The translations under genes and the position numbers were made by a program. Source: Trueperaceae bacterium (GTDB lineage Bacteria > Deinococcota > Deinococci > Deinococcales > Trueperaceae). Taken from it: DNA of 64,000 bases. This document shows, piece after piece, positions 32,445 through 42,766 of the stretch; positions within the stretch are counted from its first letter, which is position 1, and each line of letters begins with the position of its first letter. The notes under the pieces were generated by a model that was not told the origin of the DNA, ran no database searches, and was given only the letters and a program-made list of their open reading frames with translations. The stretch covers positions 672,001 through 736,000 of the forward strand of contig OZ243927.1 in NCBI GenBank assembly GCA_965213925.1, written 5' to 3'.

Positions 32445-34004
32445 CTAGACCGCCTCGGGACGGCGACTCGGCGTGACGTAGACCGTCTTTTGCTGCGTGA
32501 AATTCACCGCGCCAGCGGGCGCGCCTTTGGGTTTCCAGACGTTCTTTTTGAGGGTATAGTCCACGGGCACGTTGTCGGACCCTCCCGCTTTGGAGTACGC
32601 GGCGGCGAGCTGGGCGGCGTAGAGAATCGTCTCGAAGGGAACCTCTTTATTCTCCGCCTGGACGATGACGTGCGAGCCCGTGTAGCCCTGCACGTGCAGC
32701 CATACGTCGCGGCTGCGCGCCAAGCGGAAGGTGATGGTATCGTTGTCGCGAGCGTTGCGCCCGACGAGGACGCTATAACCCTGCGGGCTCCTGTAGCGGA
32801 TGCCGGGTTGCGCCCTCACTTGCTTCTTAGGTTTGACGACGTAGGTTTCGCTCAGTTCGTCTAAACGGGTAGGGGAGAGGGACCCTAGTTCTCCCAAGAG
32901 CCCCTCCACTTTTTCTAGCTCCGTGAAGAGATCGTCCTCTCTCGTTTCGGCTTGCGCGCGGCGCTGTTCGCGCTTCTTAGCGCGCCCGTAGAGCGTTTGG
33001 GCGTTGCCGATGGCGTCTAGGCGGGGCTCGAGCGTCACGGTCAGCGGCTCGCCCGAGAAGCCCGTGAGCGTCACCTCGCCCACGTTCGGCGGAACCTGCT
33101 TTTGAAACGCCATGAGCACGTCCGCCTGGGCGCGCAGCGCGTTCGCTTCAGCGGCGGCGCTGCGCGCCTTTTCTATGTCGTCCAAGCGTTTCTCCAGAAG
33201 CTGCCGCTGCTTCTCTAGCGCGCCTCTGAGCCGCTGGAGCGTAAGTTCACGCGCCTCTGTCTCGCGCACCGTCTCGATGTCGGGGAGACTTACGACTTCG
33301 CGCATCACGCGGCTCGGTTCTCGGGCGAGGCGGCGCAGGGCGGCGAGGAGCGTATCCACGTCCGCGCCCTCCACCTTGTGATCTTTCGCGAAACCCGTTT
33401 GCAGGCTGAGCGCCCGCGTCAAATTCGGTCCGACGCCGTCCACGACCTTGCGGACACTGTTCAATGTGCGACCTTCCAGCGCGTCTTGGAGCGCTTTACT
33501 AGGCGCGGTTCGCGGGTCTAACTTCTCATATGGGGGCGGCGGCTGATAGCGCAGCCCCGCCCGGAGTTGGCGAAAGCGGTTGATCTCAGAGGTGACCTCT
33601 CTGGCGACGCCCAAAATCAGCCCGTCCGTGTCGGTCAAGATGAGGTTGCAGTTGCGCCCGGTCAGCTCGGCGATGAGCACCACGGGCGGCGTGCTGACAA
33701 AGCCCTCGGCGGCGGCGAAGTGGAGCGATAAGGCGCGGTCGAGTTTGGGCTGAGTCACCTCGACAAGGTCGCCCGAAGCCCTCGCCACCAATAAATCTTG
33801 GAAGCCTGTGTGAGCGCCCGTTGCAGGGGGTAACTCGCTCCTAAACGCCGCTCGCGGGTTCGGCGGTTTGTTGTAGAGCCAGAGTGCGTCCTTTGAAAGA
33901 GGTAAAACGAACGTGTAAGGGTCGGGGAAACGCCAAGCGTAGTGTGGGGCGGGAAGCTGGGCCCTGAGCGTCCTAAGCTGCTCGGCAATGAGAAGACCTT
34001 CCAT
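32445..34004 (-). CDS. rqcH: NFACT/RqcH (FbpA-like) ribosome quality-control protein
   Basis: AELTGRNCNLIL, YQPPP, VGRNARDND, WLHVQGYTGSHV, PKGAPAG. Confidence 0.85.
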   Translation of the reverse strand: MEGLLIAEQLRTLRAQLPAPHYAWRFPDPYTFVLPLSKDALWLYNKPPNPRAAFRSELPPATGAHTGFQDLLVARASGDLVEVTQPKLDRALSLHFAAAEGFVSTPPVVLIAELTGRNCNLILTDTDGLILGVAREVTSEINRFRQLRAGLRYQPPPPYEKLDPRTAPSKALQDALEGRTLNSVRKVVDGVGPNLTRALSLQTGFAKDHKVEGADVDTLLAALRRLAREPSRVMREVVSLPDIETVRETEARELTLQRLRGALEKQRQLLEKRLDDIEKARSAAAEANALRAQADVLMAFQKQVPPNVGEVTLTGFSGEPLTVTLEPRLDAIGNAQTLYGRAKKREQRRAQAETREDDLFTELEKVEGLLGELGSLSPTRLDELSETYVVKPKKQVRAQPGIRYRSPQGYSVLVGRNARDNDTITFRLARSRDVWLHVQGYTGSHVIVQAENKEVPFETILYAAQLAAAYSKAGGSDNVPVDYTLKKNVWKPKGAPAGAVNFTQQKTVYVTPSRRPEAV

Positions 34005-34126
34005 GCCTCTAGTCTAAGCTGTAAACACACCGTTCTAAGCGGGGCAGGCGCACAACGCAAAAGGTTCTCAGGTGACCTGCTACGAACTACAAAGAAGCAG
34101 AACGCTTTACGTCGCAGGGAGGAAAC

Positions 34127-35539
34127 TCAGTTGAGCATCCGCTGATGCCCGCTCAAAAGCGTTTTTGCGTGCGCGATGTAGCCCTGTAGCAGCAGCGTCC
34201 ACTCGTTAAAGGGGGGCAGGTGGCGCAGCGCAGCTTCGGCGTGGTGGATGATTCTGTCGGGGTGCTTGTAGCCTTGCTGCACAAAGCTGTCCACGAGCAT
34301 CTCTTTGGCGAACACCCACTCGTAGTGACCCTCTACGCTCGCGCTCGCCGCCTTCTCGAACCAGACGATCGCCTCGTCGAAGCGGTAGTACTCATGGGCG
34401 ACGCTGCCGAGCGTCAAGCAGGCGGGCGCGGTTGCGCCTAGATCGAGGGCGCGGTGCGCGAGGTCGCTCGCGGCGCGCAAATCGCCGAGCTTGAGTTCGA
34501 CGTCGGCTAAGTCGGCGTAGACCTCGGCGTGGTAGTCGTAGTGCTCGTCGCTCGAGGCTTGCGCGAGCAAATCTTTAGCGCGCTCCAAGTCGTCTGCCTC
34601 CAACATCACCAGCGCGTATTCGTGGAGCGCCAGGGCGCGTTGCCGCTTGGAGGCGAGCGTGACCGCTTCGCGGTAGCACGCCTCAGCGCGGCGCGTCTTG
34701 CCGAGCAGGCTGTAGGTCTGACCGAGCGCGAGCTGTAAGCTGAACGAAGGGTCGCTGACGGCGCTCTCTAAAACGCTCGCCTCTAAAAAGAGGTTCAGGG
34801 CGGTGTTCGGGTTGCCGAGGGAGAGGTGGGCGCGTCCGGTCAGGTAGCGCTGCACCGCTCCGTCGGACGCGTTTTCGGGGGGCGCGGCGCGTTGCGCGCG
34901 CTCCAAGGCCTCTAGCGCTCCGATAGGTTGATGCGCCTCTAGGCGGTTCGCCGCTAGATTAAGCAGTTCACCAAACTTGTCCGCGCCCTGGCTCAGCGCG
35001 GCGGACCTCTCGAAAGCGTCCGCCGCTTCCTCATAGCGCCCCCCCGCCTCGTAGCTTCGTCCCAACAGGGACCAGTAGCGCCACTTGAGGTAGTCGGGCA
35101 GCGTACGGGCGTCAATCCCTAAAAGGACCTGCGCGGCGCGCCTAAAGGCGTGAATCGCGGCGAGGGCGCTCGCGGCGTGATAGGACGCGACGCCCTCGCC
35201 CGCGGCGGCCGCGGCGGCTGCGCCCCGCTTCACGTCGCCCGCCGCTTCGCCCCGGTACGCGGCGAACTCCCAGTAGAGCGCCCGGTAGAGCGGGGTGTGA
35301 GTGGCGGCTGCGTCCGCTTCGGCTGCGTCTGCGAGGTGCTCGAGCCCGCCCTCTAAACCGTCCTCCCCGTAAAGCGCATACGTCGCCGCGATATGAAGTT
35401 TGAGCTGCGCCTGAGCGCTGCGCTGCCGCTGCCGCTTCGCCGCGCCCTCCAAGAGCGCTAACGCCGCCTCATAGCGCCCTTCAGCCAGCGCCCGGTGAGC
35501 AGGCTCGATTTCAGCGGAGGGGGAGCGGCGGAAGAACAT
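34127..35539 (-). CDS. TPR repeat protein
   Basis: Repeated helical A/L/Y TPR-like units; TAGGCT-N5-ATG at 35539. Confidence 0.75.
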   Translation of the reverse strand: MFFRRSPSAEIEPAHRALAEGRYEAALALLEGAAKRQRQRSAQAQLKLHIAATYALYGEDGLEGGLEHLADAAEADAAATHTPLYRALYWEFAAYRGEAAGDVKRGAAAAAAAGEGVASYHAASALAAIHAFRRAAQVLLGIDARTLPDYLKWRYWSLLGRSYEAGGRYEEAADAFERSAALSQGADKFGELLNLAANRLEAHQPIGALEALERAQRAAPPENASDGAVQRYLTGRAHLSLGNPNTALNLFLEASVLESAVSDPSFSLQLALGQTYSLLGKTRRAEACYREAVTLASKRQRALALHEYALVMLEADDLERAKDLLAQASSDEHYDYHAEVYADLADVELKLGDLRAASDLAHRALDLGATAPACLTLGSVAHEYYRFDEAIVWFEKAASASVEGHYEWVFAKEMLVDSFVQQGYKHPDRIIHHAEAALRHLPPFNEWTLLLQGYIAHAKTLLSGHQRMLN

Positions 35540-35641
35540 AATCAAGCCTAGCACGCCTTCTTCATGAGGCTGCAAGGAGTTTCATTTGTGAAGACAAATG
35601 CGAAGGCGAGTGAGGTGTTTCACAGAGGAGAAAGTGGCCAC

Positions 35642-35675
35642 GAGCAATGAGTCTAAAGGTTTTCACTCATTGCTC
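35642..35675. repeat. AGCAATG-family hairpin repeat, copy 1
   Basis: GAGCAATGAGT-CTAAAGGTTTTC-ACTCATTGCTC. Confidence 0.8.
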
Positions 35676-35677
35676 TC

Positions 35678-36463
35678 TTACAACCAAGCCACCGTCCGCG
35701 GACCCTCCCCTTCAGGATAGCTAGGCTGGGCGCGGTGAAAGGATTCAACTAGGAGGCGGCGCGGGAAGGAGCGCATAAAGGTCAGGACGCTCCGCGCCTG
35801 CGTCTCGTGCTGCCCCATCGCCCGCAGTTTGTTCTCTACAAAGGGGCTCGCGTCGAAGAAGTGTGTAGGCGGTAAGTGCGAGGCGCGAATCTCTTTCGGG
35901 CTCAAAAAACCCTCTCGCGGCGCGGCGCTGTAAGGTTTTTCTGCGGCGAAGTAGTAGAGAGACTCGACTTTATGCTCGGCGCTCTCCAAAGCGCTCAGCA
36001 CAAAGCGGTTCGTGACCACATGGTCAGGATGACCGTTCGCGCCATTTGGCGGAAAGGTGATGAGCGCCCTCGGCTTATGGGTTTCCAAAAGTGAAACAAG
36101 GCGCGGGACGACCTCTTCCTCGCTTTCGCCGGCGAGCCCTCTGTTCGTCGCCATGCCTCTATCCGCCGCCGGGACGAAGTCGGGATAGTCGAAGATATGC
36201 ACGTCGCTCACGCCCAAAATATCCAACGACGCGCGAAGCTCTGCCTCGCGCACATTCGGTAGTTCGGCTTGCGGGCACATCCCTAGCGTGCGTCCCGCGC
36301 CGCCCCTTGTAAGCGTTACCGTGGCAACACGCCCGCCCGCGTCCGCCATCTTGGTGAAAATTCCGCCGCAGCTAAAAACCTCGTCGTCGGGATGAGGGAC
36401 GATGAGCATGAGGTCGACGTGTTCGGAGGAGGCGTGAGGTGGCGCGGCGTTTGAAAGAGACAT
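35678..36463 (-). CDS. PIG-L/LmbE family deacetylase
   Basis: PHPDDE, GHPDH, HETQ. Confidence 0.9.
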   Translation of the reverse strand: MSLSNAAPPHASSEHVDLMLIVPHPDDEVFSCGGIFTKMADAGGRVATVTLTRGGAGRTLGMCPQAELPNVREAELRASLDILGVSDVHIFDYPDFVPAADRGMATNRGLAGESEEEVVPRLVSLLETHKPRALITFPPNGANGHPDHVVTNRFVLSALESAEHKVESLYYFAAEKPYSAAPREGFLSPKEIRASHLPPTHFFDASPFVENKLRAMGQHETQARSVLTFMRSFPRRLLVESFHRAQPSYPEGEGPRTVAWL

Positions 36464-36589
36464 CTTTAAGGTTTAACACAGGTCGTTTTGGAGAAAGGTT
36501 GCGGACGTGAGGAGATAGCGTGATGGAAAAGAAGGGGAGAATATCCCTCGCTTTTCCTCCGCAGCCTCTTAATTGTCTCACCACAGGGA

Positions 36590-36843
36590 GAGTATAAACC
36601 CCCGACTTTCAGTCCAGTCGAGCTGGATGAACGATCGGCGGCTTGGAGCATAAGCTACACCGCCCTGCCTGCTTTCTCAGCCGAGGACTGACCAGCCGCG
36701 CTCCGGGGTCGGGCAGGCGAGTTCAACCAGGTGGGCGGAAGGTGTGAACACGCTTCGGGAAACCTCATGGCTTGATAGTCGAGTGCAGACAGGACGCTTC
36801 AGCGTCCCCTTCATTCCACCTGCTTTAGCTGGTAGTCAGTTGA
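36590..36843 (+). mobile_element. ORF-less IS200/IS605-like element (PATE-like)
   Basis: Left-end-like AAACCCCCGACTTTCAGTC...GGATGAA; right-end-like CCACCTGCTTTAGCTGGTAG-TCAGTTGA; hairpin-rich interior. Confidence 0.55.
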
Positions 36844-36876
36844 AATGACGGTAACGACAACGAAAGAACTTACCTA

Positions 36877-37293
36877 TTACCGCCGAGCCAGCGGATGGCC
36901 AGGCGCGAACTCGAGCAAATCCCACAGGTTTCCGTACAAATCCTTGAATACAGCCACCGTGCCATATTCGGCCTCTTTGGGTTCTCTTACGAATTCAACA
37001 CCTCTTGAGACCATCTCGTTAAAGTCGCGCCAAAAGTTATCGGTGCTGAGAAAGAGAAAGACCCTGCCGCCGGACTGGTTGCCGATGAAGGGTTCTTGCT
37101 CGGGCTTGGAAGCCCTGGCTAAAAGTAAGTTTGTCCCAGTGGAGCCTGGAGGCGTTACCACTACCCAGCGCTTATCTTGCTCGCTCTGGTAGGAGTCCTC
37201 GAGCAGTGTAAAGTGGAGCGTCTCGGTGTAGAACGCGATGGCTTCGTCGTAGTCTCTGACGACGAGTGCGACATGAGCGATAGACTGCTTCAT
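36877..37293 (-). CDS. VOC/glyoxalase family protein
   Basis: IAHVALVVRDYDEAIAFY, YGTVAVFKDLYGNLWDL. Confidence 0.92.
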   Translation of the reverse strand: MKQSIAHVALVVRDYDEAIAFYTETLHFTLLEDSYQSEQDKRWVVVTPPGSTGTNLLLARASKPEQEPFIGNQSGGRVFLFLSTDNFWRDFNEMVSRGVEFVREPKEAEYGTVAVFKDLYGNLWDLLEFAPGHPLARR

Positions 37294-37344
37294 GCGCCTC
37301 AGCGTAAAGCTGAAGAGGTCGCGCTTTCAACTCCCTGCGGTATT

Positions 37345-37641
37345 TTATAGAGAGCTATAGGCGGGGACGTATTCCCACAGCACGGGCGTCGGCGCGAAAA
37401 AAGGGTCGAAGACGAGGTGGAGTTCGTCCAGTGCGGCGCTGGTCAGCTCCGGGCTGAAAACTGCCCAGCCGAGCCCTTCACGCGCTCCTTCGTTGCCTTT
37501 CTCGAAACCGTAGTCGAGCAAGTCGCCGTGGCGAGCGTGCCAGACGGCTAAGGCTTTGAGTAAAAAGAGGTGTGCACCCTCTTTGATGTCGACGGCGACG
37601 AGGATGTGCTCGTCTAAGTAGCTGGGCGGTGAAACGTTCAT
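37345..37641 (-). CDS. Hypothetical protein (start refined to MNVSPP)
   Basis: TACACT-N6-ATG at 37641, preceded by TGTCAGA direct repeats. Confidence 0.55.
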   Translation of the reverse strand: MNVSPPSYLDEHILVAVDIKEGAHLFLLKALAVWHARHGDLLDYGFEKGNEGAREGLGWAVFSPELTSAALDELHLVFDPFFAPTPVLWEYVPAYSSL

Positions 37642-37817
37642 GGTCCGAGTGTAGAGGACGGTATCTGACAGAAGTCTGACAAAATTCTCAAGGGGGCTTA
37701 ACTTGAGAGAATCGTCACAGGCATCTGACTCAATGTTTTTGGTAGGTTCGGTGCTATACTGCTTGTTTAGACGTGCGGGTGGCACGTAAAATCTCTACAC
37801 CCAGCTAGGTGCACATC

Positions 37818-38993
37818 ATGACCCAGGTACGTAACTTTTTCTCTTGGCTCTTCACCGAGCTGCGCGACTCTTTGGTGGAGACCTTCGGGCTCTTTGACCC
37901 GGAGACTACAACAAGAGGTGTGCTCGCCGACGCGCTCAACCAACTGCTCGTTTCCACGCTCCTCGTTCTACTTTTCGTAGGCGTCTATATCGCACTCCGT
38001 TCAGGGCTGCGCTTCGTCTTAAAACGTACCAACCTGAGCAGCAGCATCACGGGACCGGTCACGGTGGCGCTACGCTACATGATGATCGTGCTCGGAGGCT
38101 TAGCGGTGATGTCGCAACTCGGCGTGCCCAACCAGTTTTCCGCGAACGCGGCGCGCGCCGCTGTAGTTGCGTTCCTCTTCTATTTAGGCTGGATCATCTC
38201 GCAAAAACTGCTTAGCAACGTGACGGGGCGCTACAGCCTCGATCAGTCTATCTTGCAGCTTCTACGCAACGTCGTCTCGGTGGTACTCGTCGCGTTCGGC
38301 GTCGCCGCAGTCCTTTCGCAGTTCGGGGTAGACATCGTGGCGGCGGTAGGGGCTCTAGGCATCGCGGGCATCGCGGTGGGCTTCGCGGCGCAAGACACGC
38401 TGTCGAACTTTATCTCGGGCGTGACCCTTCTTGTCGAGCGACCCTTTCGCATCGGTGATTGGGTCGAAATCAATGGGCAGGTCGGCAAGGTCAAAGAGAT
38501 CACGCTGCGCAACACGCTCCTCGTAACCCGCGACAACATCGTGACGCATATCCCCAACGCGAGCGTCGGCTCCTCGGATATCATCAACTTCAGCGCAGGG
38601 GGACCGCTCCGTATCAACGTGCCGATTGGCATCGCCTACAAAGAATCTGCAAAACACGCCCGCAAGGTCATCATGCCGATTCTTCAAGCGGACGAGCGCG
38701 TAATGCGTCTGCCCGCGCCGAGCGTCCGGCTGGTCGAACTCGGCGACTCGTCCGTAAACCTTATGATGGTCTACTGGATCGAGCCGAGCAACATCGCCAT
38801 CGAGCCGAAGATCAGCGCAGACATTTTAGAGGCGAGTAAAGAGGCGCTAGACGAAGCGGGCATCGAGATTCCCTTCCCGCATCTGCAGCTCTTCATCGAT
38901 GGAGCCAGCGGGCTCAAGCCCGTAATGGAGCCGCTTTACTCGGTGGAGCAGCCGCGGCAGGTTGCAAATTCAGCGAGTCAGCTCAGCAAGTAA
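37818..38993 (+). CDS. MscS family mechanosensitive channel
   Basis: GIAVGFAAQDTLSNFISG, RPFRIGDWV, IPN, GIEIPFP. Confidence 0.92.
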   Translation: MTQVRNFFSWLFTELRDSLVETFGLFDPETTTRGVLADALNQLLVSTLLVLLFVGVYIALRSGLRFVLKRTNLSSSITGPVTVALRYMMIVLGGLAVMSQLGVPNQFSANAARAAVVAFLFYLGWIISQKLLSNVTGRYSLDQSILQLLRNVVSVVLVAFGVAAVLSQFGVDIVAAVGALGIAGIAVGFAAQDTLSNFISGVTLLVERPFRIGDWVEINGQVGKVKEITLRNTLLVTRDNIVTHIPNASVGSSDIINFSAGGPLRINVPIGIAYKESAKHARKVIMPILQADERVMRLPAPSVRLVELGDSSVNLMMVYWIEPSNIAIEPKISADILEASKEALDEAGIEIPFPHLQLFIDGASGLKPVMEPLYSVEQPRQVANSASQLSK

Positions 38994-39012
38994 CTTGCTA
39001 TTCCTCTACATA

Positions 39013-40371
39013 TCAGAAGAAAAGGCTCAGCACAAACACCGTTGTCATCCCCGTCACCCCCGCTATCGCCGAGCCCACCGTCTGCAAGCGGTACGCCTGC
39101 GACACGTCCATCCCTGAAAATTGACTCACCACCCAGAAGAAGCTGTCGTTCGCGTGCGAGACCGTCATCGCGCCCGCGCCGATGGCTAGCGTGGTTAGCG
39201 CCAAGCCGACGCCAGACCCTAACCCAATCGTGCCCACAAGCGGCGCGACGATGGCGGCGGTGGTCACGATGGCAACCGTCGAGGAGCCTTGGGCCGTTTT
39301 GAGGGCTGCGGCGAGCAAAAAGGGCAGAAAGATACCGAGGCTGGCGAGAGCTAAGTTTTGCTCCAAAAAGTCCGTGATCGGCGTACTTCTAAGCACGCTC
39401 CCTAACGCCCCGCCTGCCCCAGTAATCAGGATAATCGGTCCGGCGATGCGCAGCGACCTCATGACCGCGTCTTGCGTCAACTCTTCTCCGCGCACCTGCG
39501 CCGTGACGAAAAACGCGACGAACACGCCGATGAGAAGCGCCGTATTGGGGTCGCCTAAGAACCTGAGCAGCGCGGCGAACGCGCCGTCGCCGAAGGGTGC
39601 AGCGGGCAGCGACGCGACCGAATTAAGCGCGATGAGAACGATCGGCAAGAGAATCGGCAGGAAGGCGCGCCACGCTGCGGGCGGATTTTCCGAGCGCGAT
39701 TTGGCAGTCTTCTCAGCTTGCGCTTCCCCTTCAGGTGTCGCGGTATCCGGGTCGATAAAGATGCGTTCGCCCATCCAGCGGGCAAAGAGGTAGGTCGTGA
39801 GCAAAACAGGTACAGTCGTGACGAGACCTAGGATAATGACGAGCCCAACGTCCGCGTTGAGCGTGCCCGCCGCCGCAATCGGACCCGGCGTCGGCGGCAC
39901 AAAGACGTGCGTGGTGTAGAGCCCCATACTAAGCGCTACGGCGTACACCGCCATCGAACGCTCCGCTTTGCTCGCGAGTGAGCGGGCGAGCGGCGCGAGG
40001 ATGACGAAGCCGGAGTCGCAGAACACAGGAATCGAAACGACCGAGCCCGTGATGCTCATCGCTAGCACCGAGCGAGCTTGACCGACCCAGCCGATGATCG
40101 TATCCGCCATGACCTGTGCGCCGCCGCTACGCTCCAGCACCACCCCGATGATCGTCCCTGCCGCGATGATAATGCCAATGGAGCCAATCGTCCCGCCGAA
40201 CCCATCCGTAATCGCGGTGAGAACCTCGCCGGGCGGAAGGCCTGCGAGTAGCCCCAAGCCGTACGCCGTCACAAGGAGAACGAGAAAGGGGTGGAGCCTG
40301 AACTGGGCTGTCGCAAAGACGATAAAGACGATCGCGGCGATGAGGAGTACAATCAGGAACCAACCGGACAT
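39013..40371 (-). CDS. GntP family permease
   Basis: LHPFLVLL, IPVFCDSGFVIL, VPPTPGP, KTAQGSSTVA, SHANDSFFW. Confidence 0.92.
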   Translation of the reverse strand: MSGWFLIVLLIAAIVFIVFATAQFRLHPFLVLLVTAYGLGLLAGLPPGEVLTAITDGFGGTIGSIGIIIAAGTIIGVVLERSGGAQVMADTIIGWVGQARSVLAMSITGSVVSIPVFCDSGFVILAPLARSLASKAERSMAVYAVALSMGLYTTHVFVPPTPGPIAAAGTLNADVGLVIILGLVTTVPVLLTTYLFARWMGERIFIDPDTATPEGEAQAEKTAKSRSENPPAAWRAFLPILLPIVLIALNSVASLPAAPFGDGAFAALLRFLGDPNTALLIGVFVAFFVTAQVRGEELTQDAVMRSLRIAGPIILITGAGGALGSVLRSTPITDFLEQNLALASLGIFLPFLLAAALKTAQGSSTVAIVTTAAIVAPLVGTIGLGSGVGLALTTLAIGAGAMTVSHANDSFFWVVSQFSGMDVSQAYRLQTVGSAIAGVTGMTTVFVLSLFF

Positions 40372-40540
40372 AAGCGCCTCCTTTTGGTCATGCACCTTTT
40401 ATCCACGTAACTTTTCATCCACGCAATTCTGTAGAGACGCTCATCATTAAGCAACGCCGCCACACGAATAGTAGCGCCATTTACAGAGATAGCCCTTTAC
40501 GGATATGTCGGTGAGCGTGACTTGTTTTACTACCTTATCC

Positions 40541-40990
40541 TTACTCGAGCTTCTCAAACTCTTCATCAAGCTCCGCATAGATAGTTTCAGCGAGGCGCTG
40601 CGCTTGCGGTGTTCCTTGAATAGAAACCCTCGTCCGCCTTTCCCCCGCTTCGCTCAGCCGGACGTCAATTTCATGCACGTCCGGCTCCGCATTGGAACCC
40701 AAAAACCCCGACGCGCTCGATTCGGCTTGCGCGGAGACGCTCTGCGGGGGGCTGCTCGAGGTAATCACCCAAGGTCCAGAGGGTGCACGTTCGTAACCGT
40801 CTAACCCACCAGGATTGTAAGTAGGCACGCCGGGCGAGGCGGAGATTGTTCGTAAGACGGTCTCGTAGACTTCCTCTTGTGCCCCTCGGTAAGTCACAGG
40901 CACAGGCACGACAGGTAGTTGTTCGGTTGCAGGGACGCAGCTTGTGAGGATGAGTAAACCGAAAATAACGGAGAGGTTAAGGCGCTTCAT
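40541..40990 (-). CDS. Hypothetical lipoprotein
   Basis: MKRLNLSVIFGLLILTS-C lipobox. Confidence 0.7.
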   Translation of the reverse strand: MKRLNLSVIFGLLILTSCVPATEQLPVVPVPVTYRGAQEEVYETVLRTISASPGVPTYNPGGLDGYERAPSGPWVITSSSPPQSVSAQAESSASGFLGSNAEPDVHEIDVRLSEAGERRTRVSIQGTPQAQRLAETIYAELDEEFEKLE

Positions 40991-41015
40991 GGTGTTTAGA
41001 GTTTAACAGAGCTTG

Positions 41016-41077
41016 TCAGCTAGTCAGCATTTCAGCCAGTCAAGTTTTCCTGATTAGCTGAAACGCTGACTAGCTGA
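41016..41077. repeat. Inverted repeat built from 8-bp TCAGC-periodic units
   Basis: TCAGCTAGTCAGCATTTCAGCCAGTCA ... TGATTAGCTGAAACGCTGACTAGCTGA. Confidence 0.75.
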
Positions 41078-41193
41078 AATGCTCCTCTACCTTAACCGCG
41101 GAACCTTTTGCGCCACTCTCAGACTGTGACGCCTTACCCCTTTGTCCCCTCTCCTCTACTTCTTCACGAAGCTTGGCGTTAGACTGTAGCATT

Positions 41194-42306
41194 ATGATCG
41201 AGAAGCTAGAAAACCTTAGAGGTGAGTTTGCGGCGCTCGAGCAGTCACTAGGCGATCCCGACTTGCTCAGCGACCAGACGCGCTACCGTGAGGCGATGCA
41301 GCGCTACAGCGAGTTGCAGAGCATCGTCAAAGTGTATACCGAATATAGAGATGTGCTCTCAGGGATAGAAAACGCGAGAGAAGCCTTGTCTGACCCTGAA
41401 TTAGAGGAGATGGCGCGGGAGGAGTTGGAGAGCTTAGAGGCGCAGAAAGTGGTGCTCGAGGATCGGCTCGAGACCCTCCTCTTACCCAAAGACCCCTTCG
41501 ACGACAAAAATGTCATCATCGAAATACGCGCCGCTGCGGGCGGCGACGAAGCGTCCCTCTTCGCCGCTGAAGTCTTGGGCATGTACCAGCGCTACGCCGA
41601 GGCGCTAGGGTTCAAAACGGAAGTCATCGACTCGTACGCCAACAGCGTCGGCGGGCTCAGCAAGGTCAACTTTGAGATCACGGGGCGCGGCGCGTACAGC
41701 AAGTTCAAGTTCGAATCGGGCGTGCATAGGGTCCAGCGCGTGCCCGAAACCGAGACGCAAGGGCGCATTCATACGAGTACGGTCACCGTTGCAGTCTTGC
41801 CCGAAGCCGAAGACGTGGACGTGAACCTCTCGCCGAGCGACTACCGCGTGGATGTCTACCGCTCGTCGGGACCGGGCGGGCAGTCGGTCAACACGACGGA
41901 TTCAGCGGTGCGCATCACCTATAAGCCCGGCACCTCCGATGAAATCGTCGTGACCTGTCAAGACGGTAAGAGTCAGATAAAAAACAAGGAGAAAGCGCTG
42001 ACCGTTCTCCGGGCGCGGCTTTTGGAGCGCGAGCGCGAGCGGGCGGCGTCGGAGGCGAGGGAGGCGCGGCTCGTGCAGATCGGCACGGGCGAGCGCAGCG
42101 AGAAGATTCGCACGTACAACTTCCCGCAGTCTCGCGTGACAGACCACCGCATCGGCTACACCACGCATAATCTTAATGACATCATGACGGGCAAGGTGAA
42201 CGAACTCACCGAAGTCTTGAGCGAGGCGGAGCAGGCGCAGCGTTTAGATGAGATGGGCAGTAATCAAGGTAGTGAGACCAGCCATGTGAGCCGTGGCGCG
42301 GCGTGA
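41194..42306 (+). CDS. prfA: Peptide chain release factor 1
   Basis: GVHRVQRVPETE (PxT), SSGPGGQSVNTTDSAVR, RSEKIRTYNFPQ. Confidence 0.97.
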   Translation: MIEKLENLRGEFAALEQSLGDPDLLSDQTRYREAMQRYSELQSIVKVYTEYRDVLSGIENAREALSDPELEEMAREELESLEAQKVVLEDRLETLLLPKDPFDDKNVIIEIRAAAGGDEASLFAAEVLGMYQRYAEALGFKTEVIDSYANSVGGLSKVNFEITGRGAYSKFKFESGVHRVQRVPETETQGRIHTSTVTVAVLPEAEDVDVNLSPSDYRVDVYRSSGPGGQSVNTTDSAVRITYKPGTSDEIVVTCQDGKSQIKNKEKALTVLRARLLERERERAASEAREARLVQIGTGERSEKIRTYNFPQSRVTDHRIGYTTHNLNDIMTGKVNELTEVLSEAEQAQRLDEMGSNQGSETSHVSRGAA

Positions 42307-42766
42307 GTTCGTCGTTGCCGCCGCAATCTTGCTCGACCCGAGGGGTCGGGTGCTTTTGGTCGGCAACGACTGGCAGGGCTACGGGCACGTCCGCTACACC
42401 TTGCCAGGGGGCGTGGTCGAGCGCGGCGAGTCCACGATTGACGCACTTTCCAGAGAGGTGATGGAAGAGACAGGACTGAGAGTGACGCACATCAAACACT
42501 TGGCGTACTCAGTTCATGTCGAGGACATGCGGCGCAACGACCGGGCGATTTCGTTCGCATTTGTCGCGGCGTATGACGGACTTTTGAACCCGCGCGACCC
42601 CGACGGCTTCATCGTCGAGGCGCGGTTCTTTCCGGTGGAAGAGGTCGAGACGCTGATTCCTATTCCGCCGCTACGTGAGCCACTTGCAAACTACCTGCGA
42701 GATGGTAAAACAGGGAGATTCTACACCTATGCAGGGTGGGACGGACGAGGGGGAAAACGAGTATGA
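42293..42766 (+). CDS. NUDIX hydrolase
   Basis: GGVVERGESTIDALSREVMEETG Nudix box. Confidence 0.9.
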   Translation: MARREFVVAAAILLDPRGRVLLVGNDWQGYGHVRYTLPGGVVERGESTIDALSREVMEETGLRVTHIKHLAYSVHVEDMRRNDRAISFAFVAAYDGLLNPRDPDGFIVEARFFPVEEVETLIPIPPLREPLANYLRDGKTGRFYTYAGWDGRGGKRV

